Shown: piece after piece, positions 42,995 through 53,502 of the stretch
Numbering within the stretch: the stretch's first letter is position 1
Layout: each line of letters starts with the position of its first letter
Origin: Patescibacteria group bacterium
GTDB taxonomy: Bacteria > Patescibacteriota > JAUYIX01 > JBHPHK01
Reading direction: 5' to 3'
DNA length: 64,000 bases
Assembly: GCA_042569365.1 (NCBI GenBank)
Contig: JBHPHK010000002.1
Span: 10,494-74,493, forward strand
Notes under the pieces: generated by a model
The model's database searches: none
What the model was told of the DNA's origin: nothing
The model's input: only the letters and a program-made list of their open reading frames with translations
Made by a program: the position numbers and the translations under genes

Positions 42995-44733
42995 TGAGCA
43001 AGCTAGCTGATAAATTCAAAGAAAACAAAACAAGCCTGATGAAGATCGGCATGTTGTCTGTGCTAGTCATCCTTTTGGGCGTGATTTTGATCCAAGTTGA
43101 GATCCCTCAGACTGCGGTGTCTCAACAAGGCGATCTAGAAGACGAGAATCAACCAATAGACAGGCTGCGAGCCTTTCAAGACGGAGTTGCATCTAATGCC
43201 TGCGAAACGCCAGCAATTTTCATAACAGACCCAACTAGGTATGACGATGAAGATGTTGATTATGTAGGACAGACCTATGCTTACAGTGTTGATCTCTCGG
43301 AAGAGCTGGCTTCTACTGCCAATGGAACACCGCCTATTAACTTTGGAGGAGATTCTATTACGTACGGAGAGGGGAGTGTTTATATATCCAATCGCGCCAA
43401 TTCAGATGTGAATAGTCAGATTTTCCGTTTGGCGCCGCACTTCAAAACTGAAACCGACGACGGGTACTTCCAATCTTTAAATAGTTATACGGGAGGTGGC
43501 TCTGCGGAGCGCATTAATTATATTCACTTTGGGTACGGATCTTTATACGCTCAACAATTTACCACAGAAGTTATTAAAAAGTTTTTACCTGACCTCAGCA
43601 GCTCGATATCAGTGAGTAATGATAACGGCAGCTTAGCAATAGAAAGCGGTGATAATTTTATTTATTCGATATCTGATGACAGAAATAGCATTTTTCAATT
43701 TACAACCGGTGTTGATAATACGTTTGAGAAAATTAAAGACGTATGGGGCAGCGGAAACAATATTACCGCCGCGGGCAACGGAAATATTTATAGTATAGAT
43801 AAGCCGGATACGGAAAGTTATGCTGATATTCTTGATTTTCACAAGCTAGAACTTACTGACGATAATGATTTGAGTACTTTATTGCCAACCATTACGGGGG
43901 TAATTAATAGTAAAGAAATTTCTCTGGAAGATATTGTATATTATAAAGGATTTCTTTATGGAACTATCTATGGTAATCCATTAGCAAATCAACCGGAACC
44001 GGATATAGATGAAGACGACATTGAAGAGAATATTCATACTTATAAAATTGATCCGGAAACTTTTGAAATTTTGGCGACCGCTGATGTTGGAGGAGAGTCC
44101 ATAATTGGTTTTAATGGATCGATCTATGTTTCTTCGGGTTTTTATCCAGATAAGAGTCTTGGGTCTGATTATCATCCTGACTTACACCCTCAGGTGACCT
44201 ATCGACTTGATGCTGACGATCTTAATGAGAGCGATCCTGAGAATATAGATAAATTATCTGGCATCGGAGGATTTTTAGCCGCGCCTAATTGTTCTAGTCA
44301 TATTGAGGGACATGTTTTCTTTGACCAAAACTCCAATGGACAATACGATAATGGAGAAACCAAACTTCCAAACCCTCCGATTGAGTCTGTCACAATTGCG
44401 CTTCTTGATGAGGAGGGAAATAGTATCGGGGAGGAAGATATTGTTATTACAAATAATGAAGGCTTCTTTGCCTTCTATGACATTGAAGTCGTAGGTGGGA
44501 CACGGGCACTGCAATTGCTTATAAGAAATCATGATGAGATTCTTGGTGCTGGATTTCAGGCATCCACCAGTGAAGATTTACCTTACAGCGCAAGTTCGCC
44601 ATATTTCTTTGACCTGCCAGCGGAAAGTTCCATACCTGTTTATTTTGGATATGCTTTGGGTAGTGGCGCGGCTACAAACACTCTCACCGTCGAAGGCGAA
44701 TTTATCGCGCCGAAAGTTAATTTTGATCGTTAG
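42994..44733 (+). CDS. Secreted protein: beta-propeller-like domain + SdrD-B-like domain + short C-terminal beta-strand tail
   Basis: N-terminal signal/TM. Repeated G.GS.Y blades. IEGHVFFDQNSNGQYDNGE. Tail TLTVEGEFIAPKVNFDR. Confidence 0.75.
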   Translation: MSKLADKFKENKTSLMKIGMLSVLVILLGVILIQVEIPQTAVSQQGDLEDENQPIDRLRAFQDGVASNACETPAIFITDPTRYDDEDVDYVGQTYAYSVDLSEELASTANGTPPINFGGDSITYGEGSVYISNRANSDVNSQIFRLAPHFKTETDDGYFQSLNSYTGGGSAERINYIHFGYGSLYAQQFTTEVIKKFLPDLSSSISVSNDNGSLAIESGDNFIYSISDDRNSIFQFTTGVDNTFEKIKDVWGSGNNITAAGNGNIYSIDKPDTESYADILDFHKLELTDDNDLSTLLPTITGVINSKEISLEDIVYYKGFLYGTIYGNPLANQPEPDIDEDDIEENIHTYKIDPETFEILATADVGGESIIGFNGSIYVSSGFYPDKSLGSDYHPDLHPQVTYRLDADDLNESDPENIDKLSGIGGFLAAPNCSSHIEGHVFFDQNSNGQYDNGETKLPNPPIESVTIALLDEEGNSIGEEDIVITNNEGFFAFYDIEVVGGTRALQLLIRNHDEILGAGFQASTSEDLPYSASSPYFFDLPAESSIPVYFGYALGSGAATNTLTVEGEFIAPKVNFDR

Positions 44734-44744
44734 TAGGTTTTACT

Positions 44745-47700
44745 ATGACACAGACACGCTTCAAAAAACTCCAGTCACTTTCTCACAAACCTGTCTTCAA
44801 GGTCGGCTTGTTTGTTTTGGTAATCGCGGTGGCGAGCGGAATCGCGTTTACGCAGTATTTTGACACGACGACAGCTGCTACTAGTACGGATCCAGAACAA
44901 GGCATCTGGACGGACTCATTTACAGATGATGACGGTTTAGAGAGCACTAGTGATGCCGATGAAGGCTTGGTGCAAATTCAAAACCTCAAAATCAACAGCG
45001 CTCTTGATAGAGTTGAACTTTTTAGTGCTGGCTCTCAAGGCTCAGCGATCGCCAAAATTCCGCCTATCGCTGTACAAAATTGGGAAGACTTTTCAGTTTC
45101 TGGCGGAGGAGACTTAGTAAGGTTTTACGTATTATATGAAAATGCATCAGGTGACTGGGTGAGAGTTAATAAATCATTATTGCCGGATGATACTGTAAAA
45201 TTTGGCAATAACGACACAGGATATAAATTCACAGGTGGCAATCTGAATGTAGATATAAGTGCGCTTTCTGTTGTGGATTATCCCGCCCTTCGCATGCAGG
45301 TTGTTTTCCCAGCAGGAAGTAGCACTGATTATTTAGATGAGTGGACATTAAATTGGTTGCCCAAACCAGGAGCAACGATTGATGTTCTCATGCCGGCGAC
45401 TACTTATGGTGACTCTATGATGAGAATTAAAATACAGATATACAATTCCGGTCCAACGCTTGAAAATACAATCTTGAAAGTAAATAATTTGCCAATAGCA
45501 TCATGTCCCGATGCGTCGGGAGTAAGTATTAGCGCTTCTAATGATCTTGTTGCTCTGTGTCAAAGTCCGTTGCGTGACGCCGATTACGATGGTGTAGAAC
45601 CGCATCTATATAGGGGTCCAAATGACTTTGGAAATTCTAAAGGGGATTTTCAAGATCTAAATATTGCCCGTACGCCACTTCCTCCCCTTGATGGAACGGA
45701 TTATCCACGCATGTATAATAGCTACGGTCAAGCTATGGATTTCTTCAAGAATCGCTACGACGCAACTTATCTTTCGTCAACAAATGACGGGATATTTAAC
45801 GGCAAGACTACATACGATCCGAGAGATGATGAAATCATTTGGAATCTTGGTGATATTTCCGGAGGTACAACGGAAGTTATTTATTCTATCTATGTGTCCA
45901 AAGGTTTTGTGGATGCTGGTCTCTTAACGCAGCTAGAAAATGATGTTGAACTATGGGCTACTGTGGGTGGGTCATCCCAATTGATTTCTACTAATTCTGA
46001 AGATGTATCCTCTAAAGTTCAAAGTTTCGGAAATAGAATACTTATAGCGCCCGCTTCTCAAAATATGGAAGGCAACGTTGGTGAAAAAGCTTGGTTAACA
46101 TTTGGAATATACAATTCCCAGTCCGGTACTGGATCAGAGAGCGCACCATATTTACAGCCAGGTTATTCCGATCTGTATGGTGTTACATTTAAGGTAACTT
46201 TACCAGATGAATTAGTGTATGTTCCCGACGATAGTTTAAACTCTAGTTTTAGTTATAAAGTCATTGATAAGTATACAGGTATAGAACTAGGTGATCCGGA
46301 TTATTATAACGGCTGGATGCATTATCACCCTCCTGAAACTTTCGCTCCCTGTTCATTTGGGATAGGAACTGGCTCATACCCGTGTTCCTATTCTAGTTCA
46401 AATGCTAAATTTATAGCCGTAGGTAGCGATGTACGAGCACATTCTTTCGAAAGAGCCGATGGGCCAGAATTTGTACAGAATGGACAAGAGCTTTCTTGGT
46501 ATATACCGCGTTTCGCACCGGGCTTATTCCAATTCAGTATTAAAGTTGAATTAACAGCGCCTTTAGCAGAGGGTACTAAATTATACTGTGGCGCTGATAC
46601 AGCGCAACTTGATGTTGTATATCCAGACATTGGTAATATTGATGATCTTGGTATATATGAACAATTTGATGAAGCCTGTACAATCACGCAAGCACCTTTA
46701 ATTAATAAGCCAGTTCTTTCTTATAACGGGGGGATAGCAACGATCGTTGAGGATGATGGCCGCATTCACTCTAACCATACGTCTGTTAAAATCTATAATA
46801 GAAATGATGAGTTTGTCGGCCCATTCAAACAAACAAAATTATTTATGCGTTTGTCTAGAAATAATTTTCAAACTACAGGACTAGTTTCAGATTATATAAA
46901 TAATCCACACCCTCAATTAACATCTGATGTCTTATCAAATCCAGTACTGGCACATACGCGCATAAATATTACAGATCAAATCAATGAAAGACTTCACGAT
47001 TGGACTTGTCCATACGGAGCGGGTAATTGCGGCGCTATAAATGAATCTGATCATCCTAATGGTGATTGGGAAAGTGGCGCATTATACAGTCAGAGATACT
47101 ATCCAGGTTCTGGATTTTATCATTATCTTGGTTATTATCACGATTGGGCTTCAGATAATATTGACTGGCCGGATGATTACAAAAGTATGCTAGAAGCCGA
47201 TGGATCTAATTGGGACATGCTGGAAGAAAGTCCTTTCTTGGTGGATGGGAGTGAAGATTTTACGGTTTATGTCAGTGATTCCACTTGTGAGCCTGGAGAT
47301 TTAGATGCCGATTGTCCGGGAATAAATACTATTGATCCAGCAGTGCGTAATATTTACAAAACTCCATATCCGGTATTTTCGCAAAATGGTGAGTATTTTG
47401 ATGTCGATTCAGGTACGCCAGTTGATGACTCATGGTGTAAGTGGGATATCATAAAGAACAATACAACTTCTACAAACACTCCCTGTGGTTATAGACCACA
47501 AGATATTGCCTGGATTGTTTATATTGATGACGCAGAGCTCCCTATCTCGGGGGATCGTACATATAGAGCTAGTATTGAAATAGATGATGGTACTTCTGAG
47601 AATTCAGAAGTAGGCAAGACAATTGGCAGGTTGATGCGTGTTGAAGCAACTAGTGTAAAAGGGATCGAAGAGACTAGATGGTGGGGTGCTATGGATTTCA

Positions 47701-49409
47701 TTAACAACGCAGATGTAAAAGTTTTACCTCATTCTGTTGAGCCTGAGATAAAATTTGGAAAAGAGCCGGTTGCAGCCGCTATTAGGCCGGGAGAAGATGT
47801 TGAATGGTATGTTGGTCTCTGGGACACTAACGGAACATTATGGATGCAGGACAGTAGAATGTGGATTAGAATTCCAGAGGACGTTGAATTTAAGGATATA
47901 ATACCGTGTAGACAAGGTGCATGTTATATTGCCGGTGAAGCAATTGAACAACGCTATTTCTATTCCAGTGCAGCTGACCGTCCAGATTTTGTCAAGCCAC
48001 CTGATGCTCATGATTATGTTGGAGGCAATGATATGTCTTGGACTGAAACTCCATCCAGTGACATAAAATGGGTAATGGTCTGGTCGCCTACAGTGCCTAA
48101 CACAGTTTTTGGGGGAGCTCAAGTTAAGTTAACAACAACAATTAGAAATAGCGCACCCGCTGGTGCTGAGATAACACTTAGCGCGTGGGGTGATTGTGAT
48201 GATGGTGTCTTCTATCCTCATGGTAATCCAGATCCCAATCCACAAGAAGATCCCGTGATCTATCCGGCAAATGCTAAAGTTTTCAAAGAAGATTTTTGTC
48301 CAGACGACCCGGTAGAAAACTCATACAGCATAACTACGGAAAGCGATATTGCAGTAAGTATTACTAAAGTCGGACCCCCACAGATGTCGATAGGTAGTGA
48401 GGTGCCGTTCGGGATAAGTATTGAAAACACGGGTAACGATACAGTTAATAATGCTTATGTAATTGATCGTGTTCCAAGAATATCTGAGTTAACAGGGTTA
48501 CCTACTGATGAAACTTCCTTTGTGAGTGCATCAGATCCTGACGATACCGAGCCTGTGACTGTTTATTATTCCACGTATGAAGATGATGATAATAATTTAG
48601 CTAACGGTTATCAGCGGCCAGAATTTGACATAGGCAACATCGATACAAGTATGTGGTCTAAGACGTCGCCCGCAAATCCTGCTGATGTTCGACATGTACT
48701 ATGGTGGATCGGAGATTTTGCATCTCTCGAATCTTATAATTTAGAATTTGTAGTGCAGCCAGATGAAGACTCTGCCTTTGTGGTCAATAATGCTACTCTT
48801 GTTTCTGATCAAGAAACTATAACAGCTCAGTCAAATACAGTAACTATTTCTAATAACCCTATCGCTACAGTGACTAAGGTGCAGCGTAATCGGCCGCCAT
48901 ATGATGTAGATGCTCAAACAGAGATACCTGCCGGAGTAGAATTTGCATATGATTTAAGGATCACAAATAATAATGAAAATGAGCCTCTGGTTTCAGTAAC
49001 GCTGGTAGATCAATTACCGGTTGGTATTCAGGTAATACCTGAGTATCTAGATGATGAGTGCACAGTAGAACAAGGTCACGATGACATTGGTGATATTATC
49101 ACTTGCAAAATTGCCGAGTCAATATATGGTCAGTATTCTATATCATTAAGCGTTATTGCTGATCCATCATTAATTGACGAAACAGTATGGGATACTGTTA
49201 CGATCTATGACCTATTTGGTTTTCAGTTGTTTACTGAAACATGTCCGACTACAGTATTAGATTTGAATCTGCCGGTACCGCCAGACAATGGTTGTGCCGA
49301 GGGAGCAGGAGAGTGTCTCATCTTAGATCCGCGCATCTACTTCATGGCTCCTCCCGGCTTTACCGCGGGAGTTAATCCAACTTGGCGGGAAGTCAGATCA
49401 CAATTTTAG
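44745..49409 (+). CDS. Large secreted adhesin-like protein with DUF11-type Ig domains and PPGF...WREV C-terminus
   Basis: 1554 aa. Signal peptide, motifs ITKVGP...F.I.IENTG...VID.VP and Y.L.ITN...LVDQLP.G, and Cys-rich inserts. Confidence 0.8.
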   Translation: MTQTRFKKLQSLSHKPVFKVGLFVLVIAVASGIAFTQYFDTTTAATSTDPEQGIWTDSFTDDDGLESTSDADEGLVQIQNLKINSALDRVELFSAGSQGSAIAKIPPIAVQNWEDFSVSGGGDLVRFYVLYENASGDWVRVNKSLLPDDTVKFGNNDTGYKFTGGNLNVDISALSVVDYPALRMQVVFPAGSSTDYLDEWTLNWLPKPGATIDVLMPATTYGDSMMRIKIQIYNSGPTLENTILKVNNLPIASCPDASGVSISASNDLVALCQSPLRDADYDGVEPHLYRGPNDFGNSKGDFQDLNIARTPLPPLDGTDYPRMYNSYGQAMDFFKNRYDATYLSSTNDGIFNGKTTYDPRDDEIIWNLGDISGGTTEVIYSIYVSKGFVDAGLLTQLENDVELWATVGGSSQLISTNSEDVSSKVQSFGNRILIAPASQNMEGNVGEKAWLTFGIYNSQSGTGSESAPYLQPGYSDLYGVTFKVTLPDELVYVPDDSLNSSFSYKVIDKYTGIELGDPDYYNGWMHYHPPETFAPCSFGIGTGSYPCSYSSSNAKFIAVGSDVRAHSFERADGPEFVQNGQELSWYIPRFAPGLFQFSIKVELTAPLAEGTKLYCGADTAQLDVVYPDIGNIDDLGIYEQFDEACTITQAPLINKPVLSYNGGIATIVEDDGRIHSNHTSVKIYNRNDEFVGPFKQTKLFMRLSRNNFQTTGLVSDYINNPHPQLTSDVLSNPVLAHTRINITDQINERLHDWTCPYGAGNCGAINESDHPNGDWESGALYSQRYYPGSGFYHYLGYYHDWASDNIDWPDDYKSMLEADGSNWDMLEESPFLVDGSEDFTVYVSDSTCEPGDLDADCPGINTIDPAVRNIYKTPYPVFSQNGEYFDVDSGTPVDDSWCKWDIIKNNTTSTNTPCGYRPQDIAWIVYIDDAELPISGDRTYRASIEIDDGTSENSEVGKTIGRLMRVEATSVKGIEETRWWGAMDFINNADVKVLPHSVEPEIKFGKEPVAAAIRPGEDVEWYVGLWDTNGTLWMQDSRMWIRIPEDVEFKDIIPCRQGACYIAGEAIEQRYFYSSAADRPDFVKPPDAHDYVGGNDMSWTETPSSDIKWVMVWSPTVPNTVFGGAQVKLTTTIRNSAPAGAEITLSAWGDCDDGVFYPHGNPDPNPQEDPVIYPANAKVFKEDFCPDDPVENSYSITTESDIAVSITKVGPPQMSIGSEVPFGISIENTGNDTVNNAYVIDRVPRISELTGLPTDETSFVSASDPDDTEPVTVYYSTYEDDDNNLANGYQRPEFDIGNIDTSMWSKTSPANPADVRHVLWWIGDFASLESYNLEFVVQPDEDSAFVVNNATLVSDQETITAQSNTVTISNNPIATVTKVQRNRPPYDVDAQTEIPAGVEFAYDLRITNNNENEPLVSVTLVDQLPVGIQVIPEYLDDECTVEQGHDDIGDIITCKIAESIYGQYSISLSVIADPSLIDETVWDTVTIYDLFGFQLFTETCPTTVLDLNLPVPPDNGCAEGAGECLILDPRIYFMAPPGFTAGVNPTWREVRSQF

Positions 49410-49415
49410 ACAAAC

Positions 49416-49444
49416 AAAAACCGATCCTTAAGTGATCGGTTTTT
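49416..49444. terminator. Bidirectional intrinsic terminator
   Basis: Perfect AAAAACCGATC/GATCGGTTTTT stem between convergent genes. Confidence 0.8.
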
Positions 49445-49451
49445 ATTATTA

Positions 49452-50099
49452 TTAAAATTCCTCCGTTTGTTGAATGTCTTGGAAATTTGGAGCATTAGCA
49501 AGCTCGAACCTTCCAAATGAAAATTCTGTTTTAATTAACAGCGCATTGTATTCCGGATTAAAATATAAAACAATATTAAGAACGGCATCGAAATTTTCAA
49601 TCTCAGCGTTGATTACTGCGTAATTTTTGTCGAAAAATTTAACTTCATCGACAATTTTCCACCCAATTTTATCTACTTGGTCTCTAAGTTGATTAAAAAT
49701 TATGTCTATATCTTTGTCAGTTTTTTGAATAAAATAATGAGCATTTCCTATTTCTACTTCATTAACTATTGGCAAGGCAAGAGAAGCGGATATGCGTATG
49801 ATCGACTCGTTAATCAAAAATGGGATATATGAATCTAACGCAAAATAATTTTCGCTCCAGAATAAATCTTCGCCCTCAAAATAAGCGACCTTAACCACAT
49901 CTTGTGGCTGATATATAGCGTTATTCTCATTTTCATAAGCTTTGATCAATTCATCTTGGGGTGTCACAGAAGTTCTGTCTTTAAAGATGACGAGAAATAT
50001 AATAACAGCGATAACGACGACCGCAGCTATAACTAAAGTCCAAAGTCGCCAATTCAGAGGTTGACGGCGCGTGATCAGGGGAGTTTTTTGGTTATTCAT
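49452..50099 (-). CDS. Membrane-anchored hypothetical protein
   Basis: 215-aa ORF with an N-terminal TM. AT-rich and divergent from pilM. Confidence 0.7.
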   Translation of the reverse strand: MNNQKTPLITRRQPLNWRLWTLVIAAVVVIAVIIFLVIFKDRTSVTPQDELIKAYENENNAIYQPQDVVKVAYFEGEDLFWSENYFALDSYIPFLINESIIRISASLALPIVNEVEIGNAHYFIQKTDKDIDIIFNQLRDQVDKIGWKIVDEVKFFDKNYAVINAEIENFDAVLNIVLYFNPEYNALLIKTEFSFGRFELANAPNFQDIQQTEEF

Positions 50100-50428
50100 A
50101 AAAATTAAGGTTTCTAACTAAAAGATTAACATAATTTAACTGTTTTTTAGTTGTGCATAGAAAATTGGCTTAAAAATGTAATAAAAACACCAAAAACTAT
50201 TGACAAATATATAACAATATTGTCTAATAATCCAATTTTAGGAAACTATAATAAAGTTGATTAGTGTGGATAAGAACGTTGTTTTGCAGGCTTGTTCGTG
50301 GCATAATTAACGCAAGAAATCTAAAGCAATTAAGAGGCTATCGATTTCTTGCATTACTTCCCAAAATTTTTCCGAGAAGATATCTTCTCGTGTTGCTGTT
50401 AAGGCAAATTAAGCAAGAACTCACCAAC

Positions 50429-51481
50429 ATGGGACTATTTGGATCCAAACCAAGCATTCTCGGAGTCGATATTGGGACTGCGAGCGTTAAAGCTGTACTT
50501 TTGCGTAAGCAGGACGGTACTTTTCAATTGGGAGCACTGGGCGAAAATGTTTTGCGAACGAACTATTTGCACGGCAGAGGTGAACAATTTATCTCTGAAA
50601 CAGTAAATAGTCTGACGCAATTATTCGCGCAGATGCGACTAAAGTCCAAAGATTTGCGGCATATTGTCGTGGGGATTCCGGGGAACCTGGCATTCTCGAC
50701 TGTAATTTCTGTGCCGGATGGTTCTTGGCAGCAGCTCAATCAGGCAGTATTTTCTGTCGCGGAAAAATATATTCCGGCAGATATCGATACAGTCAGTCTG
50801 AGTTGGGCGCCTCTCCAGACTATCACCGGTCCAAATGGACAAGCACAGCGCGAGATTTATCTCGTTGCCTTCTCGCAAGAAGTCCTCGCGATCTATCAGC
50901 AGATCATTTCGCAAGTGGGTAACAAAGCTCCACTTTTCGAGCTCAATGCTTTCGCGCAAGCGCGAGCAACGATCGGGTCGGACCAGGTCAACACGCTTCT
51001 GGTAGATATCGGCTCGGACGTGAGCGAGATCTCGATTATCGAGCAAGGAATCGTTCGCCTTAACCGAATTGTAAATACGGGAAGCCGGATGATCACTGAA
51101 CGGCTGATGGACAAGCTTAGTATGGAAGCCAGCGAAGCTGAAAAGCAGAAACGCGAAATGGGGCTTGACCGCGCCAATCTACTCGAGACCGTGCCGAGCA
51201 TAGTTCAGACCGAAGTCGACAAGATTGCACTCGAGATTGACCGCATCCGGAAGCGTTATATCCAAACCACGCAAAAAAACATCGAAAGACTGATCGTTTT
51301 AGGCGGGGGAGGACATATCCGCGACCTGGATTACTACCTCGGACGAAAGTTGAACCTAGCATCATTTGCGGCTACGCCGTGGCAGCGCGTCAGTTATGAC
51401 AAGCGCCGGCAAAAAGCCTTGCTTGCCAAGGGTTCAGACTACGCCACCGCTATCGGACTTGCAATGTACCCAATCAGCTAA
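50429..51481 (+). CDS. pilM: Type IV pilus assembly protein PilM
   Basis: Actin-like motifs LGVDIGTASVK, LVDIGSD, LGGGG and ATAIGLA. Start reassigned to the ATG at 50429. Confidence 0.92.
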   Translation: MGLFGSKPSILGVDIGTASVKAVLLRKQDGTFQLGALGENVLRTNYLHGRGEQFISETVNSLTQLFAQMRLKSKDLRHIVVGIPGNLAFSTVISVPDGSWQQLNQAVFSVAEKYIPADIDTVSLSWAPLQTITGPNGQAQREIYLVAFSQEVLAIYQQIISQVGNKAPLFELNAFAQARATIGSDQVNTLLVDIGSDVSEISIIEQGIVRLNRIVNTGSRMITERLMDKLSMEASEAEKQKREMGLDRANLLETVPSIVQTEVDKIALEIDRIRKRYIQTTQKNIERLIVLGGGGHIRDLDYYLGRKLNLASFAATPWQRVSYDKRRQKALLAKGSDYATAIGLAMYPIS

Positions 51482-51527
51482 TTTAAATACTACTTTCTAA
51501 TTTCATTCTTCATTAATCACTAAATCA

Positions 51528-52226
51528 GTGCCTAACGGAACACCTCCAATACAACCAACTCAACCGAAACCTGTTGCTCCTGTTCAACCAGGGGCTCCGC
51601 GTCCAGTCGGTCCTCTCGCAGGACCGCGTCCTGGAATGCCGCCAGCAGGTGCTCTCACACGCAAGCCGCCTGTGAAAGTTAAGAAGCCAGCCACAGCACG
51701 CTGGCGCGCTACCACGAATTTGATTTCGGTAGTGTTAATTATTCTTGCGATTCTAGCATACGGCCTGATGTTCTTCCTGAATAGTTCCCGTGAACGCACT
51801 ATCACCAATTTGAACAACCAAATTGACGAGGTTGTATCTGATCTGGCAAAGATTGAGAGCCAGCGCTTAGCGGCCGAGACTCTCGCAGCTCAGCTCGATA
51901 ACGAAGAGGCTTTGCTCAACCGGCACGTTGCCTGGAGCGAACTTCTCAAGAAGTTATCCGATAATACGCCGCGTAAAGTCAACTTCACAGAGTTTGCGGC
52001 AGATCTTGATGGCTACGTAACAGTCTCTGGATTTGCGCAGACCATGAGCGAGCTTGCGAAATTAACACAGTCGCTAGAGGATTCGCCAGAGTTCAACGAC
52101 GTTAACGTGAGCGGAGTCGAGCTCACAGCTGTAAAGCGTCCTAACGGCGGCACCGTTGCGGTCTTCTCCTTCCGAGCCAGCTTCTTGTTTGAGCCGGAAG
52201 TCTTGAGACCTTCTTCATCTATCTAA
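51528..52226 (+). CDS. pilN: PilN-like protein with Pro-rich N-terminus
   Basis: TM, coiled coil, then WSELL..L...TP..V, VSG.A and L..SP.F..V. Follows pilM. Confidence 0.85.
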   Translation: MPNGTPPIQPTQPKPVAPVQPGAPRPVGPLAGPRPGMPPAGALTRKPPVKVKKPATARWRATTNLISVVLIILAILAYGLMFFLNSSRERTITNLNNQIDEVVSDLAKIESQRLAAETLAAQLDNEEALLNRHVAWSELLKKLSDNTPRKVNFTEFAADLDGYVTVSGFAQTMSELAKLTQSLEDSPEFNDVNVSGVELTAVKRPNGGTVAVFSFRASFLFEPEVLRPSSSI

Positions 52227-52243
52227 GCTAATACATAATTACA

Positions 52244-52837
52244 ATGGCTGACCTAAAACCCAACCCAGAACCAAAAGTTAAGAAGGGATTAAACCCACTC
52301 TATCTTTTGCTCTTAGCCCTGATCGTCGCGATCGGTGGTTATTTCCTTTTCATTCAACCAGAGATTGACAACTACTCAGTAAATGGTGATCAGATCACTT
52401 CTCTCAAGGCAGAGCTTCAGGTGCAACAGGACAAAAAAGATCGCGCCAACCGCTTAATCGCGGAGTATGAAAGCCTTCCAGAGTCCGATCCAGACCTTCA
52501 ACGTATTTCCCGCGCATTGCCGCTCGGAAAAAACTTCGAAGAATTGTTGGTAACACTTGAAGGGATTGCATACGGAACAGGTCTTGACCTGAACTTGTCG
52601 TCAGTGCGCTTCCAAGACAATACCGAGACCAATCGTGCGCTCCAAGAAATCACATTCACACTGGACCTGGTCGGAAACTCCAGCAATCTTGCTCCTTTCT
52701 TAGAGCAGATTGAAAAGAATGTTCGTCTCATGGATGTGCAGTCTGTCCGCGTTTCAGGCGGAGATGATGCAGCGGCTCAAAGGATCCTGCTCACCGCTCA
52801 GACTTACTATCTGAAGTCAGACGCCCTGCTTCAGTAA
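52244..52837 (+). CDS. pilO: PilO-like protein
   Basis: TM, coiled coil, then ALP, FL..IEK..RL.DV and TYY. Confidence 0.88.
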   Translation: MADLKPNPEPKVKKGLNPLYLLLLALIVAIGGYFLFIQPEIDNYSVNGDQITSLKAELQVQQDKKDRANRLIAEYESLPESDPDLQRISRALPLGKNFEELLVTLEGIAYGTGLDLNLSSVRFQDNTETNRALQEITFTLDLVGNSSNLAPFLEQIEKNVRLMDVQSVRVSGGDDAAAQRILLTAQTYYLKSDALLQ

Positions 52838-52861
52838 GCTAATTAACTAACTACTTTGAAA

Positions 52862-53494
52862 ATGCCAAACGGCACACCACAACAACCAATCTCACCAACC
52901 GGAAAGCCATTTACGCCTCCGCAGCCAATGCGACCAGGCGTACCTAACGCTGCACCGGTGGCTCCTGCGCCAATGCCAGGTAAACCATTCATTAGGCCAG
53001 CTGCTGCGCGTCCGCAAATGCGTCCACCAAAGCCAATGAGACCAGGCAAGGTTCCAAAGGGCCCGAAAGCTCCTAAAAAAGGACGCGGCGGCTTGATCAC
53101 CCTGATTATTATTTTGATCATTGTAGTTCTAGGAGGCGGCGGATTTGCAGCCTGGTACTATGACTTGATTCCAGGTTTTTCCAGGACTCCAGACTCGGCA
53201 ACAGAAGTTTCTGCACCAAGCCTTACTGATGAGACCACCACAACTGCGGATACAGATATTGAAACTCCGGCAATTGAAGAAGAGGTAACAACTGATGAAG
53301 AAACGACAACTACAGACGAGGATGTTACAACTATTGAAACACCAGTTGTCACAGCGCCGCTCTCATCCGACCTCTATAACTTTGGAGTTTTGAGCAGTGA
53401 AGAATATCGCAGGTTGCGCACATTTGGTGCATATCCTTTGACGATTTCTCCAGACGATCTTGGTCAAGATAATCTCTTCAAGCCTTTCTTCTAA
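52862..53494 (+). CDS. Bitopic protein in PilP position (Pro-rich N-terminus, Thr/Glu-rich stalk)
   Basis: MPNGTP start, a TM segment, and a C-terminal LG.DNLFKPF resembling the R-x-N/D-P-F motif of PilP-type proteins. Confidence 0.6.
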   Translation: MPNGTPQQPISPTGKPFTPPQPMRPGVPNAAPVAPAPMPGKPFIRPAAARPQMRPPKPMRPGKVPKGPKAPKKGRGGLITLIIILIIVVLGGGGFAAWYYDLIPGFSRTPDSATEVSAPSLTDETTTTADTDIETPAIEEEVTTDEETTTTDEDVTTIETPVVTAPLSSDLYNFGVLSSEEYRRLRTFGAYPLTISPDDLGQDNLFKPFF

Positions 53495-53502
53495 AATAAA
53501 CT

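Noticed and set aside
41705-49409. Three adhesin ORFs as one frameshifted or pseudogenised giant gene
   Set aside because: Each ORF has its own signal peptide, the junctions are clean (TAATG overlap and an 11-nt spacer), and the putative domain pieces are separated by long intact passenger regions.
50150-50275. Replication origin at the AT-rich region with a DnaA box before pilM
   Set aside because: Only one perfect and one imperfect box are present, with no dnaA/dnaN nearby. This is insufficient for oriC.
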